Assembly: GCA_030264375.1 (NCBI GenBank)
Contig: JASCQW010000112.1
Span: forward strand, 9,571,648-9,635,647
Direction: 5' to 3'
DNA: 64,000 nucleotides
Origin: Carcharhinus longimanus
Taxonomy: Eukaryota
Under the pieces are notes generated by a model. The model was given only the letters and a program-made list of their open reading frames with translations. It was not told the origin of the DNA and ran no database searches. The translations under genes and the position numbers were made by a program. Shown piece after piece: positions 39,724-53,236 of the stretch. Each line of letters starts with the position of its first letter. The first letter of the stretch is position 1.

Positions 39724-42700
39724 GTACAAGCACAAATCCTTGCATTGAATTACAGAATTTAATCAGAATAAGACCTTGTGCATTTACAGTGCGTCAGCCG
39801 GAGTGGCTGGTGAAATGCTGGGAAGGTACCTTGTGTTCACTGCCTTACAAGTTTTACTGCTCGCCACCAATTCCTATGACAACAGAGGTGACATTTAAAA
39901 ATGCTGCCTCCTCTGCAGTCTGCATGCCCTGTAACCACCTCTTCCAGGTGATACTTCAGTCAACCAGAGTGCCTTTAATAAAATACCATAAAGTGCTTCA
40001 CAGAAGTGTATTCGAACAGAATTTGACACTGAGCCACTTCAGGGAAAATTGGAAAAGTTGGATCAATCTCGTCAGAGATCATTCATAATGAGCGTCTTGA
40101 AGGAGGAAAGAAAGCTAGATACACCGAAGTTTGAGGAAATTCCCAACCTTAGGATCTAGGTATCAGAAAGCATAGTTACCAGACGTCGTCATTCTCATAT
40201 CTGTATGAAGGGCCTTAAGATATTCTTCTGATAAAGACTATTAAAGTGCGTTTTGCTGCTTTTTTGCAGTGGCATATTGAGAGAAATGTGTTAATTGATT
40301 TTTCCTTTTTTGAGTTCTATCACAGAGGTGTTTTAATCCCGTATAACAAAGGACTTTTTTTGATTTATTATTGTCACACGTATTGGTAGGCCACCAAGTG
40401 TTTCTTTCCTCAAATTGCCTTGCATTCTCTTCTGTTGGTCATCTTTTTCTTGAGAAGTGCGCAACTCTGCAATAGCAGCTTCTGTCTTCATAAATGCAGA
40501 TTTCTTGATCCATTCTTTTGGCTTTACGTTCACTGACAATCTTTTGAAATTAACAAGCAAATATTGTCTAAGTAATGGGAAAACTTAAAATTGCACTGTC
40601 AGCAGTGTAGAAAAGGGTTGCCTTAGAGGTCAGGCATAAACCCGTTTTTCATGTGAAAGTGGCAATGCGTTTTTTAAAAGCTAGGATTGAAAAAGAACTA
40701 CTAATTTTATTGAAACTCCATTCTATTTATCCCTCCCTTTTCAAAAACAAAATTCTGAAAGTAAGTATTTTAAAAAGAAATTGCCTGACAAAGCGTAGCT
40801 CAGACCTATTAATTTTGAGGATGTTAGTGTAGGACAGATGCTTACTATTTGTATTCAGTGCCTGGCAGTAAGACAGTAAGTTTGTGATGTTGGTATTAAA
40901 CTGACATAAGTGGCAATGGAATTCGGCAGGCAATTGCTGTAAAGTTACATTAAGGATGTTTGTCCACCAGCACATTGACAGCTGGCTATCTTTTTTTTTA
41001 AAAAGACTAAACTAAACTGGTCAAATCTACTCAGCTGCTAAGAGCATGCAGTTAGCTCTTCATTTCATGTTAAGCATCCTAGAGTTTCACACAATGAATA
41101 GCTTTGGCAAACTGCGTAACTGTTTTGTTTACAATCATTTTCTGTAAATAGCTCTGTTTTGGCCCAGTCTGTAAAATTTTTAACATTGGCTGAATTGCAT
41201 AAAAGGGTAGATGGGACCAAGTGATCTGCAGGTTAAATATTTGTCTGCGTGGCTGAGTGGTATTCGTCAGCACTTTAACCACAGAATGGTGGTGTTGATA
41301 ACCAGGATTTATGCACCTTTGATCTTTATTGCTATCAACCTAAAACAGAATTGAATGGAGCACTGCCTAGCTGAGCAGAGTGCTCAGGAACCCTTCGATT
41401 TATAAGGGATTGTAGCCAAAACTGCTGACTTTAGTGGGGCAAGAGGTACTATCAGTTTAACTAAACTGTCGCTACTTGTAATGAATAGCTTACTATGAAT
41501 TCAAGGCCATAATCTGAGTGTGCAAAATCTCAGATAGAAAAATGAAATGGTGTTCATACATCATCGCTTTGTTATTTATCATCTGAAAGGGAAGGATGGG
41601 TTTGGTGGCATCATTTCAAACGAAGGATTCTCATGAAAATACTGCCCTGTCTTTTACTTGTAATTCAAATCTTGCTGGGTTTTCTGCATGGCAGGTTTTA
41701 TATAAATGCAAGTTATTACCTTTTGAGGTTGTTAAGTCATAGCTTTGCATTTATTCAGGTGGCTGAGCTTGTTCTTGGTTTCTTCCTCCCTCATTTAAGT
41801 GTGATTCACATACAAATGTGGCAGGGGAGTCTAACTTTCATGCAGTCAAAGCAGGAATTAGTCTGTGGATGCTAAGGTTTGTGAGCATGCCAGCAATCTG
41901 CATTGTGTTAAGTGGTTTGCACTTCAAGTTTAATTACATCAAAATGCTATGGAGCTGGATTGACCCTTACTTTAGAGGGCCATTGTATTAATACATCAGC
42001 CTATAATTTAAGTGAAAAATAGGAGCAAGATAGTCCACTCAGCCCCTCGAGTTTGTCATCTTGTACTCTTAATAGAGGGCTGGAAAGTTGGCTTATACCC
42101 TTATGAAATAACTAAAATGCTTTTCGTTGCATTCCATTTTCCATCTAATTACAAGAGAACAGTCTCCATTGTGGCTGTTTGTTTTTTATGTTTGTCAGTC
42201 TCTGCAAGTATCCTGAGCTTAACTATAATCTGGAAAGCAAACAATAATTCTCTATTTACATTAAATTGCTGATCCATGACACATTTCTCAACACTCATCA
42301 TTGTGGCTGAATGTGTGATACCACCTGAACTTTTATTGTTTACATGGTGGATTTGAGGCGGCTGAGGGAAATTTGTAGTGTCTACAGTTGCCTCTCTAGA
42401 GCATGGTTGGTATGACAGACACTTGCAGTGATCTTGGGGAAGCTCACCACCCCTTGCCTGGGCTTTGATGCTGATTGAACTTAATGATAAATGTTTTATT
42501 TGCAGATTTCCTGTGGTAATGCTCAGCGTTCAGAGGATTCATTTGAAGCTACAACAAAACTGAATCAGCACAAGTGGCATCACCAAGCCTTTGACGTTTT
42601 AGAATTTTTTTCTGTAACTGATAGTCATTTAATTTTATCTCAAGTAGGCATTTCTCTTCAATGTGAAATGATTAAATACAATGCATTTCATGTCCCAATG

Positions 42701-42774
42701 TTACAAATATGTACTTATTCAATTTCAATTTAGTGTTCTTTTAATGTGACCGTTTCTGGCTCAACCTATATTGA

Positions 42775-43035
<261 letters not shown>

Positions 43036-43171
43036 TGACAACAGGCCTGGGACTTCCCATTTCATGGTGGGCATTTTTGTAAGCATTGACTGCACTAAAG
43101 TATCATAGGTTATCTTGTGGCTAGTTAGTTTAGTTTGCATCAGGGAGCTGCTTTGCTCTTTTCTTTACATC

Positions 43172-43710
43172 TCTCTCGCCCCCATATCTAAGGAAGGATG
43201 TGCAGGCCTTGGAAAGGGTCCAGAGGAGATTCACAAGATCCCTGGAATGAAGAACTTGTCGTATGACTAATGGCTGAGGACTCTGGCTCTATACTCACTG
43301 GAGTTTAGAAGGTTGAGGGGGGAATCTTATTGAAACTTACAGAATACTGCAAGACCTGGATAGAGGTCTGGATATGGAAAGGACATTTCCACTAGTAAGA
43401 AAAACTAGAACCAGAGGGCACAACCTCAGGCTAAAGGGACAATCCTTTAAAACAGAGGTGAGGAGGAATTTCTTCAGCCAGAGAGTGGTGAATCTGTGGA
43501 GCTCTTTGCCACAGAAGGCTGTGGATGCCAGGTCATTGAGTGTCTTTAAGACAGAGATAAATAGGTTCTTGATTAATAAGGAAATCAGGGCTATGGGGAA
43601 AAGGCAGGAGAATAGTAATGAGAAAAATATCAGCCATGATTGAATGGCGGAGCAGACTCAATGGGCCGAGTGGCCTAATTCTGCTCCTATGTCATATGGT
43701 TCTTATGGTT
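43172..43710 (+). mobile_element. CR1 LINE 3' end
   Basis: ORF2 C-terminus TRGHNLRLKGQSFKTEVRRNFFSQRVVNLWSSLPQKAV, followed by a 3' UTR ending CCTAATTCTGCTCCTATGTCATATGGT. Confidence 0.9.
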
Positions 43711-44648
43711 CCTGCCACAAACTGTAAATGTATATATTTGAGAGAAGTCTAGTAATCCAATACCAATAATTCCATACATTAAAACAGCCCTGGCATGATC
43801 TCCTCTTATACCTGCCCTCCTCCCCACTCCCTCCAGAACTAATCGTGAATATGCATGGAATTTAAGTCAATCGTAAATTTACAGAATAAGTGATGCAGGC
43901 CAGATCCATTTCCAGTCATTTGTTTAATGGCATGTGGCCTGGTATCATTTGGAGGCTTAAGCCTGACACGGCTGCAAAATGTAATTATTTTCTGTTTAAT
44001 ATCTCATAGATGCCCAATGCAAAATCGATGACTCTCGAGTAGGATGGGTGGTAAATATTTTGACATCAATTGGAGAAGAGGAAGGATTAGTGTTGGCAAA
44101 CTCTATTTGACCCTGGTCCAACTGTAATCAGACTCTGTAGTTTCATGATCTCTTGACCTCCAGCAGTCTATAGCTATTAAGTGCAGATGGCAAGTGCAAG
44201 TGAGGTGCAAGGCAGTAATTGAGTTAAGGGAATGTGGCAATGCCTTAAAATGCAAGGGCAAAGCAGAGCTGTTCCCTGCGATATGCAGTTACTATCTCCT
44301 ATCTCTTATAGTTGTACCTTGTTCTTTAGAATACATACGAAGTAATGTTTCATTTATTTTCAGAGCACATTTCATTTGTTGCCTGTGTGTTATTTTTGTT
44401 GTGGTAAAGCAACACTCAGTGGTACGATTCATGTCATATTTTATCTTTGAAAGTAAGTGAAAAATGGTTTGCAGAATACTTTTGCCTTTTCAGATTTTTT
44501 TAGAAGTGGGAAATTCAAATCAAGGGGTGGATCTTACCCCCAATCCCCAGCAAAACAGCACCCAAAGCCCAAACAACTCAGTCCTAAATCTGGCATATTG
44601 GAATTCTGTTTGACCTTGGTTTTTGCAAAAGGTTGTTTCAATGTCATC

Positions 44649-44650
<2 letters not shown>

Positions 44651-44681
<31 letters not shown>
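44651..44681. repeat. (TG)15 microsatellite
   Basis: Read directly from the sequence. Confidence 0.95.
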
Positions 44682-44683
<2 letters not shown>

Positions 44684-45139
44684 ACAAAACGGTATTTGTG
44701 CCTTGCATGCACATTTCTGGTACAGACCATGCTAGATGACATTTTGGTGGCTACTTTGATGCAGTTGTTAGGAGTGCGTGCTGCAAGTGTACAGAGAAGG
44801 GGATGCCAGTCAGTGTGTCATTCTGATTTGACTGTAGCAATGCCATTTGCAAATTCAAATCTCCAACACATGACCTGTCATAACTTCACTTAGCTGATTG
44901 AACATGCATTCAGCAGGAAGGATACCTTATCAGTGCTAGGTAAGAGAATCATCAAATACATTCAGTTTAGTTGCTGATTAATTTTGACTGCTGCTTGGTT
45001 TGTAGAAAGCGAGTTTTCTATTGTTATTTAAAAGTTGGTGAAATCTACAGGATGTAGTGCAGTATGAGGGCCTTAGTTCTCATTCTAAGGGTTGTGTTCC
45101 CAATCATAGTGCTGTAATTTCTTTCCCCATTGATCTGCA

Positions 45140-46100
45140 GCATGTCAGGGAGAATGAGGTGAGGCCACTCAGAGGATTACGAGCTGCGCAAGGAGGGGGA
45201 GAAACGTTCTGAGCATTAATCCAGTGCCCTTAGGGAGTGAGTTCTCTGTTTTACTAAGGCAAGGCTAATCAAAGGTACTACCTGCAGCCCATGAGCCAGG
45301 AGGAACAGCAATGCCACTCACTGGTGACCGTGGCCATGAACTTCACACCAGACTTCTTCCAGGCTGGAGCAGGTACTGTCCTAATGTTTCATAGTTCAGT
45401 GTCCACTGCTGCTTGAAGTAGGACGTTGACGTATTGTAAGCCATGAAGGAGAATACCAGTATTCTCTCTTTTCAGAGAAAAGTAGACAGAATGAGCTTGC
45501 AGCTTCAGCAGACTAGCAGGCTTCCCAGTAATAGAGGATGCCTCGACTGCACACACATTGATTCGCAGACAATGCATCTCAATGCAATGACATTCTGCAG
45601 CCACAAAAGGTTCCACTCCCTGAACGAGCAGTTGGTTTTTATCCGTGCTCAGTACACCCCGCAGGTCAATGCCCAGCACCCTGGCAACAGTCATGGAGCC
45701 TTCATTCTGCATCAGTGCAATCTACCGTTAGTATTTTAGCCACAATATCAACTGATGATTCCCAAAGGATGATAAAGGCTTTCAACTGACCATCTGGCAC
45801 ATGACTCTAGCGTATAACCCATGTACGCATGAGCAGCCTCCACATAGTGAGAACCATACTATCAGATGAAATGCAATCAGGCAGACCACCGGCCAGTTTA
45901 AGAAATGCTTCAGTTGCCTGGTCCACTCACTGGTGTTTCTATTAGGTTTTGCCTTGTTCTACTACATCCTGCAGAATCTTACCATCATGTGGGCATGTCA
46001 CTTGCCACCTGGTACATGTGAGCAGCAGATGAGGAGGAGAAGGAAGGGAGGAGACAGCCCCTTGCTAGCTGTGCTATTTATGGTCGACTCATCTGACTGC
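45140..46100 (+). mobile_element. Harbinger (HARBI1-like DDE) transposase fossil
   Basis: ORF 45443-45739 contains RGCLDCTHI, HKRFHSLNEQLV and NAQHPGNSHGAFIL, matching the family motifs GAIDCTH, RKGFHSLNVQLV and ARxPGSxHDAFIL. Flanks are frameshifted. Confidence 0.85.
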
Positions 46101-46869
46101 AATACTGATGACCTCAACCCCAATCCCATATAAAGCAACAGTGCCTCACATTGCCTTTCTTTTCTTACTGACCATTACCGTGTCCTCTTGGTTACAATGC
46201 TGAAGTAAAACCCACTGTTAACGAAACGTCCCAAAGCAATTTTATTTAACAAGCCACATATCGCATATAAAAGTCAACATCTCAGTCTTGTACATACTTT
46301 TAATGCCTATCTTCTGTGTATTTTTTGCTACCCTAGAAGCTACAGCATGCTGGTGGAAGGGATCTGACCTTTCCCAGGCAACACTGCAGATGACCATGTA
46401 GACCTGCCTTTGCACTGCCCAACTTTGACACAGGCAGCAGCAGTCTGCATTGATTGGCTGCCTTGCAAGCAATAGCAAGGATACTAACAAAGTGACTAGT
46501 GATGGGAGTAATCAGTGGCTGAACCCTGCATGCCTCTTAATGCACTGGTAGCATAGCCATGAATGATGTCAACATTCTGAGCCTGCATGGCAGTAAGTTG
46601 CACCAGCACGACTTCAGTCATTATGTGGCTTCTGCTTGTGCTGCAGTGGAAGCTGAGACGTCAGCCGTTGGTTGGGTCCACAAGAATTCTCATGCTATGG
46701 ATGGGCTCCAGTGTCAAGTTGATGTTGGAATCCTCCAGTGTCCTCAACAATGACTCCAGACTTTCTGGTNNNNNNNNNNNNNNNNNNNNNNNNNNNNNNN
46801 NNNNNNNNNNNNNNNNNNNNNNNNNNNNNNNNNNNNNNNNNNNNNNNNNNNNNNNNNNNNNNNNNNNNN

Positions 46870-47083
46870 TTTCCACTATTAAGAAAAACTACAACCACAG
46901 CGCACAACCTCAGACTAAAGGGACAATTGTTTAAAACAGATGAGGAGGAATTTTGATTGATCAGGGGTTATGAGGAAAAGGCAGGAGAATGGGGATGGGA
47001 AAAATATCAGCCATGATTGAATGGTGGAGCAGATGTGATGGGCCAAATGGCCTAATTCTTTCAGCTCTTTTGTCTTATGGTCA
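46870..47083 (+). mobile_element. CR1 3' end next to a gap, same subfamily as 43172-43710
   Basis: TTTCCACTATTAAGAAAAACTA...AATATCAGCCATGATTGAATGG closely matches the 43 kb copy. Confidence 0.8.
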
Positions 47084-47779
47084 AATCATTAACTTAAAAT
47101 GCCTGTTAGCCTAATTAATTCCATTACAAGCAAATCTGCCAGCCAATTTGGTATCCAAGGTTGCTGAGATCCAATGTCATTACTGGTGAAGTATTCCTGT
47201 TTGAACGAACCTCATACAATTTACCTGAACTCTGCGCTGATAAATTGCATGGATTGGTTGGTTAAACTCCCAGTGGTGTTTGTGAACACACTTTGCTATA
47301 CTGACTCTATGCTGTCCAGTTGGGCTGAGTGAAATGTCTCCCAGTGGGGCAAGAAACAGATAAAGAAATCTTTATTTCACATTAGGTCAGCAAACCATCA
47401 TTGATTTCACAATTCTTTCATTTGGTTAATCTTAATTGTTGGTTAGTGACCATGTCTGACATCCCACTGACAAAAATAATCGGCACTTGAGGTCATTTGA
47501 AGTTCTGATTAAGATCTTCTAGCTTGGCAAAACTAATAAACGAGAATGAAAAAGGCAGCACAATATTTCAAACTTAGCATGTAAATAAAGCACGAGGTGG
47601 TTTTGGATGCAAGGTCGTTGGTGCTCAACATCTCCACCTTCTGGCAGTTACCAGTAACACTATCACTAAACTGTCTTTAATCTTGATTTACGTATCACTT
47701 GCAAAATTCAGCAAATTTAACCTATTGCTTTTAGTCATTGATCAGTGAGTTATCATTGACCGTGGACAATCCATGTAAA

Positions 47780-48585
47780 TACCATGGCTGCTTGAGCTGA
47801 TAAGAGGCTAGGAATTCTGCAGCCAGAACTCAGTTCCTGACTCCCAAAGCCTGTTCACCGTCTTATAAGTCAGGAATGTGATGGAATAATCTCCATTTAC
47901 CTGGATGCAGACGCTCCAACAATACTCGAAGCTCAACAAAGCAACCCATTAAATTGGTACTCTTTCCCCATAAATGCACAGTGACAACAGTGTGTACCAT
48001 CTACAACATACTGTGCATCAACTCACCAAGCCTCCTTTAACGATATCTTCAAAACCCATGACTGCTACCATCTAGGAGGACACGGGCAGCAGATACATGG
48101 GAACACCACCATCTGAGAGTTTCCCTCCAACATAAAGTTTTTAAAGTTTATTTATTAGTCACAAGTAAGGCTGAATGAATGAAGTTGCTGTGACATTCCC
48201 CTAGTTGTCACACTCTGGCACCTGTTCGGGTCAGTGCACCTAACCATCATGTCTTGCAAACTGGGAGGAAACCGGAGGACCCAGAGGAAATCCATGCAGA
48301 NNNNNNNNNNNNNNNNNNNNNNNNNNNNNNNNNNNNNNNNNNNNNNNNNNNNNNNNNNNNNNNNNNNNNNNNNNNNNNNNNNNNNNNNNNNNNNNNNNNN
48401 NNNNNNNNNNNNNNNNNNNNNNNNNNNNNNNNNNNNNNNNNNNNNNNNNCCCCCCACAATAACAATGCATGTACCTACACCGCATGGACTGCAGTAGTTC
48501 AAGAAGGCAACTCATCACCTTCTTGTGGGCAATAAGTGCTGGCATTGCCAACAATGTCCACATCCAGTGAGTGAATTAAAAAAAA
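47780..48585 (+). mobile_element. LINE 3' end (CR1/L2 group) interrupted by a SINE and a gap
   Basis: AAGTCAGGAATGTGATGGAATAATCTCCATTTACCTGGATG encodes a VRxVMEYSPLAWM-like motif; tail GGGCAATAAGTGCTGGCATTGCC. Confidence 0.65.
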
Positions 48586-49817
48586 CTTAAATGCATTGTC
48601 TTTGGAAGTCATACAGTTAAGAGTCATGTACGCAGTACTTGAAATACTCCTACAGTGATAAATGTAATGTTTGCATTAATGGAACCTAGGAGGTACTTGG
48701 TAAATTTAGTCCAGCTCATTTTAAAGATCAACTGTTTGATTCTAAAACAAACAGAAAATGTTGGACAATCTCAGCAGCTCTGACAGCATTAGTGGAAAGA
48801 GAACAGAGCTAACACTTTGAGCCCAGACTATCATTTGTTTCTGTTTCAGATTCCAGCACCCACAGTAATTTGCTTTTATCTTCGTGTTTGAGTGTAGTCT
48901 GAGGTTGCTGACCCAGTATGTCTTTAATTAAGATCATTGGAGCAAAACTGCTGCAGCTGATAGTTTTGTGCAGTACACAACTCCTAAGACAAGATTAAAG
49001 TAAATTGCGTCAGTTGTCATATTGGTGATTATACTTAGATGTGAAAATCATACATGTCATGCGTGATGGACTATTGGCAGTATTTCTACAGACAATGTTT
49101 GTGATGCACTGAGATAACGTATTTGATTTTGCGATGATGAAAGTGAATTGCTGATTTTTCTGATTTGAGAGTAAACCTAGGCGCATGTATTTTTACTCCA
49201 GCTTTTAAATCTTGGTAAATGTTACTTGTTACCAATGTTTTTCTAAAGCTGAGAGTTATGTTATTCATTGAGTGGTTGTAGGTTGGAAATTGTTGCACAT
49301 CCCACCTGAGAACACCTTGTGGTTAAGGAATGATTCCATTTCCTAACACCATCCCTTCTGTAGGTCAAAGTAACCTGTTCTTAATCAACCTTGATCGTAA
49401 CTGACAAAAACACACAAAGTATGTTATGGGATGCAGATGTGCTTTCATCAATTGATTGTGGAGCTTCGATATTAGTTAAACCAATTTTTTTTAAGTTAAG
49501 CAGCTCATAAAGGGGAAAACAGTTATATTCATTTTGAATTTGTCCTAATAAGGCCTCCTGCCTGTCAGCAATGTTTGGGTTTAAATGTTTCTGTCAAAGT
49601 ATTAAGTTCTGGCATGTTGTACACAGCACTGAATCAAATGGGTTTCTGTGCAGTATCTGAGAAATCTATAAGAGCTAATTGTGCACTGATACTTGTATAA
49701 GCGCACAAACCTTCAGAGAAATCAATAGTTGAGTTTACAAGCTACTGACAGTTTATTGATTTTAATCTTTTCTCACCTAGTGTGAAATAGCTTAACAAAT
49801 ATTTGTCTACATTACAG

Positions 49818-49944
49818 GAGCTAGTAGACTACCTTCGGTCACATTCTCACAGCACAGTCTATGCCACCTCAATGTCTGCACCTGTTGCAGAGCAAATCAT
49901 TGCATCTATGAAGTGCATCATGGGAGAAGATGGCACGACGCTTG
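49818..49944 (+). CDS. SPTLC2: SPTLC2 coding exon (exon 9 equivalent), 127 bp
   Basis: Bounded by attacag| and |gtaagt. Translates [42 protein letters not shown](G). Confidence 0.97.
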
Positions 49945-50511
49945 GTAAGTCCCTTTCTTCAGGAAAAGATGATTCAACTTTGCCCATAATAATTTTGGCC
50001 ATCAGTCTGAGATTGCAATGAAGTAATGACTGTTGCGTAAAAGGGTACCGAATTTTATTGGTCAGACATTTCTGTATCAGCTAGGCTATGTTAGTATCAT
50101 TCTCAAGGCAAGGTGTGGTGGACCTATTATAGCAGAAAATCTAATTGTTGTTTACTAATGGTGGAGCCAGCATTTGTCTACCTCTAGTTAGTCACTATCC
50201 AGGTGGCAGCTGGCGCTGTTTGTAGGAGTTTCATAATCCTTCACAGTGAAGCATTTCAGTTTTTGGGTGCAAGAGATGCATGAGCATCTAGTGGTAATAT
50301 TTGAGATTTAAAGTGTGTTCAGATTGCCTAATGGTTCATAGGGTCAGGTTACATTGACTTTGTGATCTTAAAATAGAAAAGGAACAATCTGGACTATCAC
50401 TAGTCAGGATTCGGTTTGTATCCTTTGTTTATAATATCGCCCTTCTCTGTCAGACTGCAGTTCCAAGGCAAGCCCTCACCCTTCCATTCTCAACAGCAAG
50501 CTACCACGATA

Positions 50512-50710
50512 ACAAATGCAAAACACTGTTGGAAATCTGAAAGAAAGGTAGAAAATGCTGGAAATATTCATGAAGCCAGGCAGTATCTGTGGAGAGAAAG
50601 AGGAGTTAATGTCGAGAACTCAGATGAAAGGTTACAGACCTGAAACATTACATGTTTATTCCTGTTCCCAGATGCTGTCCGACTACTGAATATTTCCAGA
50701 GCTTTGTTTG
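50512..50710. mobile_element. Quasi-palindromic element of a third hammerhead-bearing (Penelope-type) family
   Basis: AAAATGCTGGAAATATTCA... is inverted to ...TGAATATTTCCAG; centre reads CAGATGAAAGGTTACAGACCTGAAACATTA. Related pieces at about 7795-7850, 32495-32592 and 48745-48880. Confidence 0.55.
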
Positions 50711-52876
50711 AGTCCCCACTATTGTTCTGCTAAGCAACAGTTAGTGTTTCAGATAAAGTTGTACCCCTGAGATAGTGTGGCATCTTGCCTTTTGGTTGTT
50801 TCTGTCACAGCCCAGCTTTGAAATCAGCAGACTGTGAATCACAATGTATTTTCTAGTAATTAATTTGTATTGTCTGATGCATCTTGATGGTTCACAAATA
50901 TGTAATCATGTTCACTATTAAAATGTTTAAACATAACTCAGACAATCCAGTAAAGCCTGCATGTTTTACTGTTGGATAATGTAAGTGTTCATGAGTGGAC
51001 CCTGATAATAGTGATGGTGTTCTTCTGGCAAATTCTTAGATTGGGGTGGAGGAGCAGAAGCCTCAATGTTCTCTTTTTGTTTATTTGTTCGTTGAATGTA
51101 AAGACCGAAGGCAATTATTGGCCGTCCCTAATTGCGTTTGAGACGATGCTGAGCTGCTGCAGTCCATGTGATGCAGGTATGCTCACATTGGTGCTATGTA
51201 GGGAGTTCCAGGTTTTTGACTCCCCATGTGGAATGTGCTTTCAGCAAGCGGCCTTCACCAAATTGTTTGTACATCTCTACATCTTACTTTGCTCCAGTGT
51301 TAAGTCAGGGTACGTTTCGTCCAAGTTATAAATTGAGTCTGAATTGCCTTGTCAGCTCTACTTCCAATGCTGCTTATTACCTGATGGTTTCAATGAATCT
51401 GTCCTCTCCCTCTGAAAGCACTCAAGGATTCCATATAAGACATGCTTTTAAAATAAAGTTCAGCAAGAGTGCATCAACCATGGGTTGATACTGCTCTAAA
51501 CTGTATTTAATTTCATCATACTGTGTGCTCTTCCATAAAAGATTTAAGATGCTACATATTCCAAGAATCTTAACTTGAATAAGTTTTCACCAAATCTTAG
51601 AAAACAAATCATACAAATACATAATTCTAAAAACTGAAGTTTCAAACCACTCTGGGTCTTTCCTTCTGTCTGTAATTTGTACATTCTATAAAATAGAAGT
51701 ATGTCACTGCCTGATGGACGCTTCCTCGTCTCTCTAGTCAGTCCCACCGTATCTGTACAGTGGGTCTCGCCTTTTCTACAAGTGCTGCCACTCGTTTCCA
51801 TCACATTCAGGAATCCGTTCTGATTTATGCTGGATCCAGCTCCCTGGTCTTGGAGAGACAATGGAGATGTTGGATCTATAAACTTAATTGCAGTGACTGG
51901 AGTTGAATGTGGTCTTGTCGATGCCAGGAGGTGGCTTGCTGCCAGTTTCCAACAATCTGACCTGCCGAACAGAAGCTAATTCAGAGAATTATTAAAAGAT
52001 CAGTTTTCTTCAGATAGTGTGTGTGTCTTCTCTTGCTTCCTCCCTGACAATTCCATTCATTTGTTGCTCACCGCCCTGTAAAGGCCTGAGACTTTTTGTA
52101 TATTAAAAAGTCCTATAGAAATGTTTGTTTAAATGTTGGAAAGATATTTGATCTTTTAATTATATTTATGCTCAGAGTATAAATAGGAAATCATTTGGTA
52201 CTTAAGCTTGAGCTACGATGCATTTGGTTTAATCTTGTTCTAAAATTACAACTGAATTTGTCTGCTTTTTAAAAAAAAAGGTTTAACCTGATTAATTAAA
52301 TTAAAGGTGGTGCTTTGTGCATTTATTGTGGGAAATCTAGTAAAGCAGCATAGCAGAAGGGGGAAAAGTGACCTTGTAGTCACGTTTTTTAACTTTGAAC
52401 AATACCACAGCCATTGCAGCTTTACCAATTGGTATTTTTCTAAGTTAAACATGGTGCAGATTTAAATTGGTTGAAAGGGGAGCAGAAACACCACAGTGCC
52501 ACTGGATGGTGCTGTATGTGTGTGAGAGCACTAATGTATGAGTAATGCCTTGAGTATTGGCAGTTAGCCTTTGTGTTGTAAATTTTCCAGCATCACTCTT
52601 CTTCCTGCTTTACCTCCTTCCACCCCTCTCTCCCAAACAATAGTTTCCAGTTTTAAATATTTAATGACAGATAAGAATATGTTTGAAGCGCACTTCAGAA
52701 GTGTCTCATTATGGACGGAGAGTATCTTGGGATTTATAAAGCTTGAATGCTTTTTCTCTGAGCATGTCTGGTATTATTAGCATGTTTAATTTTTCATAAA
52801 CTATATCAGACTGAGTTAGGGTAGTAGAAGTTGGAAGCTGGGGGTACTTAAGCATTTGTTTACTATTTGGAGACTT

Positions 52877-52981
52877 GATGTGGAGATGCCAGCATTGGAC
52901 TGGGGTAAGCTCAGTCAGAAGTCTCAAGTTTACCTGGCAGTCTGTAAATATAGTAAGAAGTCTCACAACACCAGGTTAAAG
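52877..52981 (-). mobile_element. Penelope terminus fragment with partial tandem duplication
   Basis: TGATGTGGAGATGCCAGCATTGGACTGGGG... followed by AGTAAGAAGTCTCACAACACCAGGTTAAAG. Confidence 0.65.
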
Positions 52982-53177
52982 CGCAGAACAGGTTATACTG
53001 ACAGATTTTCCTATTTCAGTCCAACGTTGAAGTGTTCCTGCTGCATGTATGTGACATTCCATTTCCCACAACCATTTCCCATACTTTGATTTGAGTCACC
53101 TTATTGCTGGTATGTGCTGAATTCCTACCAGGCCCACACAGGCTAACAACCCATTTGAAACTGCCTAGATTACTGCA

Positions 53178-53236
53178 CAAACACAGTAAAAAGTCTGACA
53201 AAAAGACTAAAACCTGGTGTTGTCAGACTTTTTACT
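53178..53236. mobile_element. Miniature palindromic Penelope-terminus insertion with 13-bp TSD
   Basis: Perfect 17-bp arms at 53185-53201 and 53220-53236. CTAGATTACTGCA occurs at 53165-53177 and 53235-53247. Confidence 0.7.
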
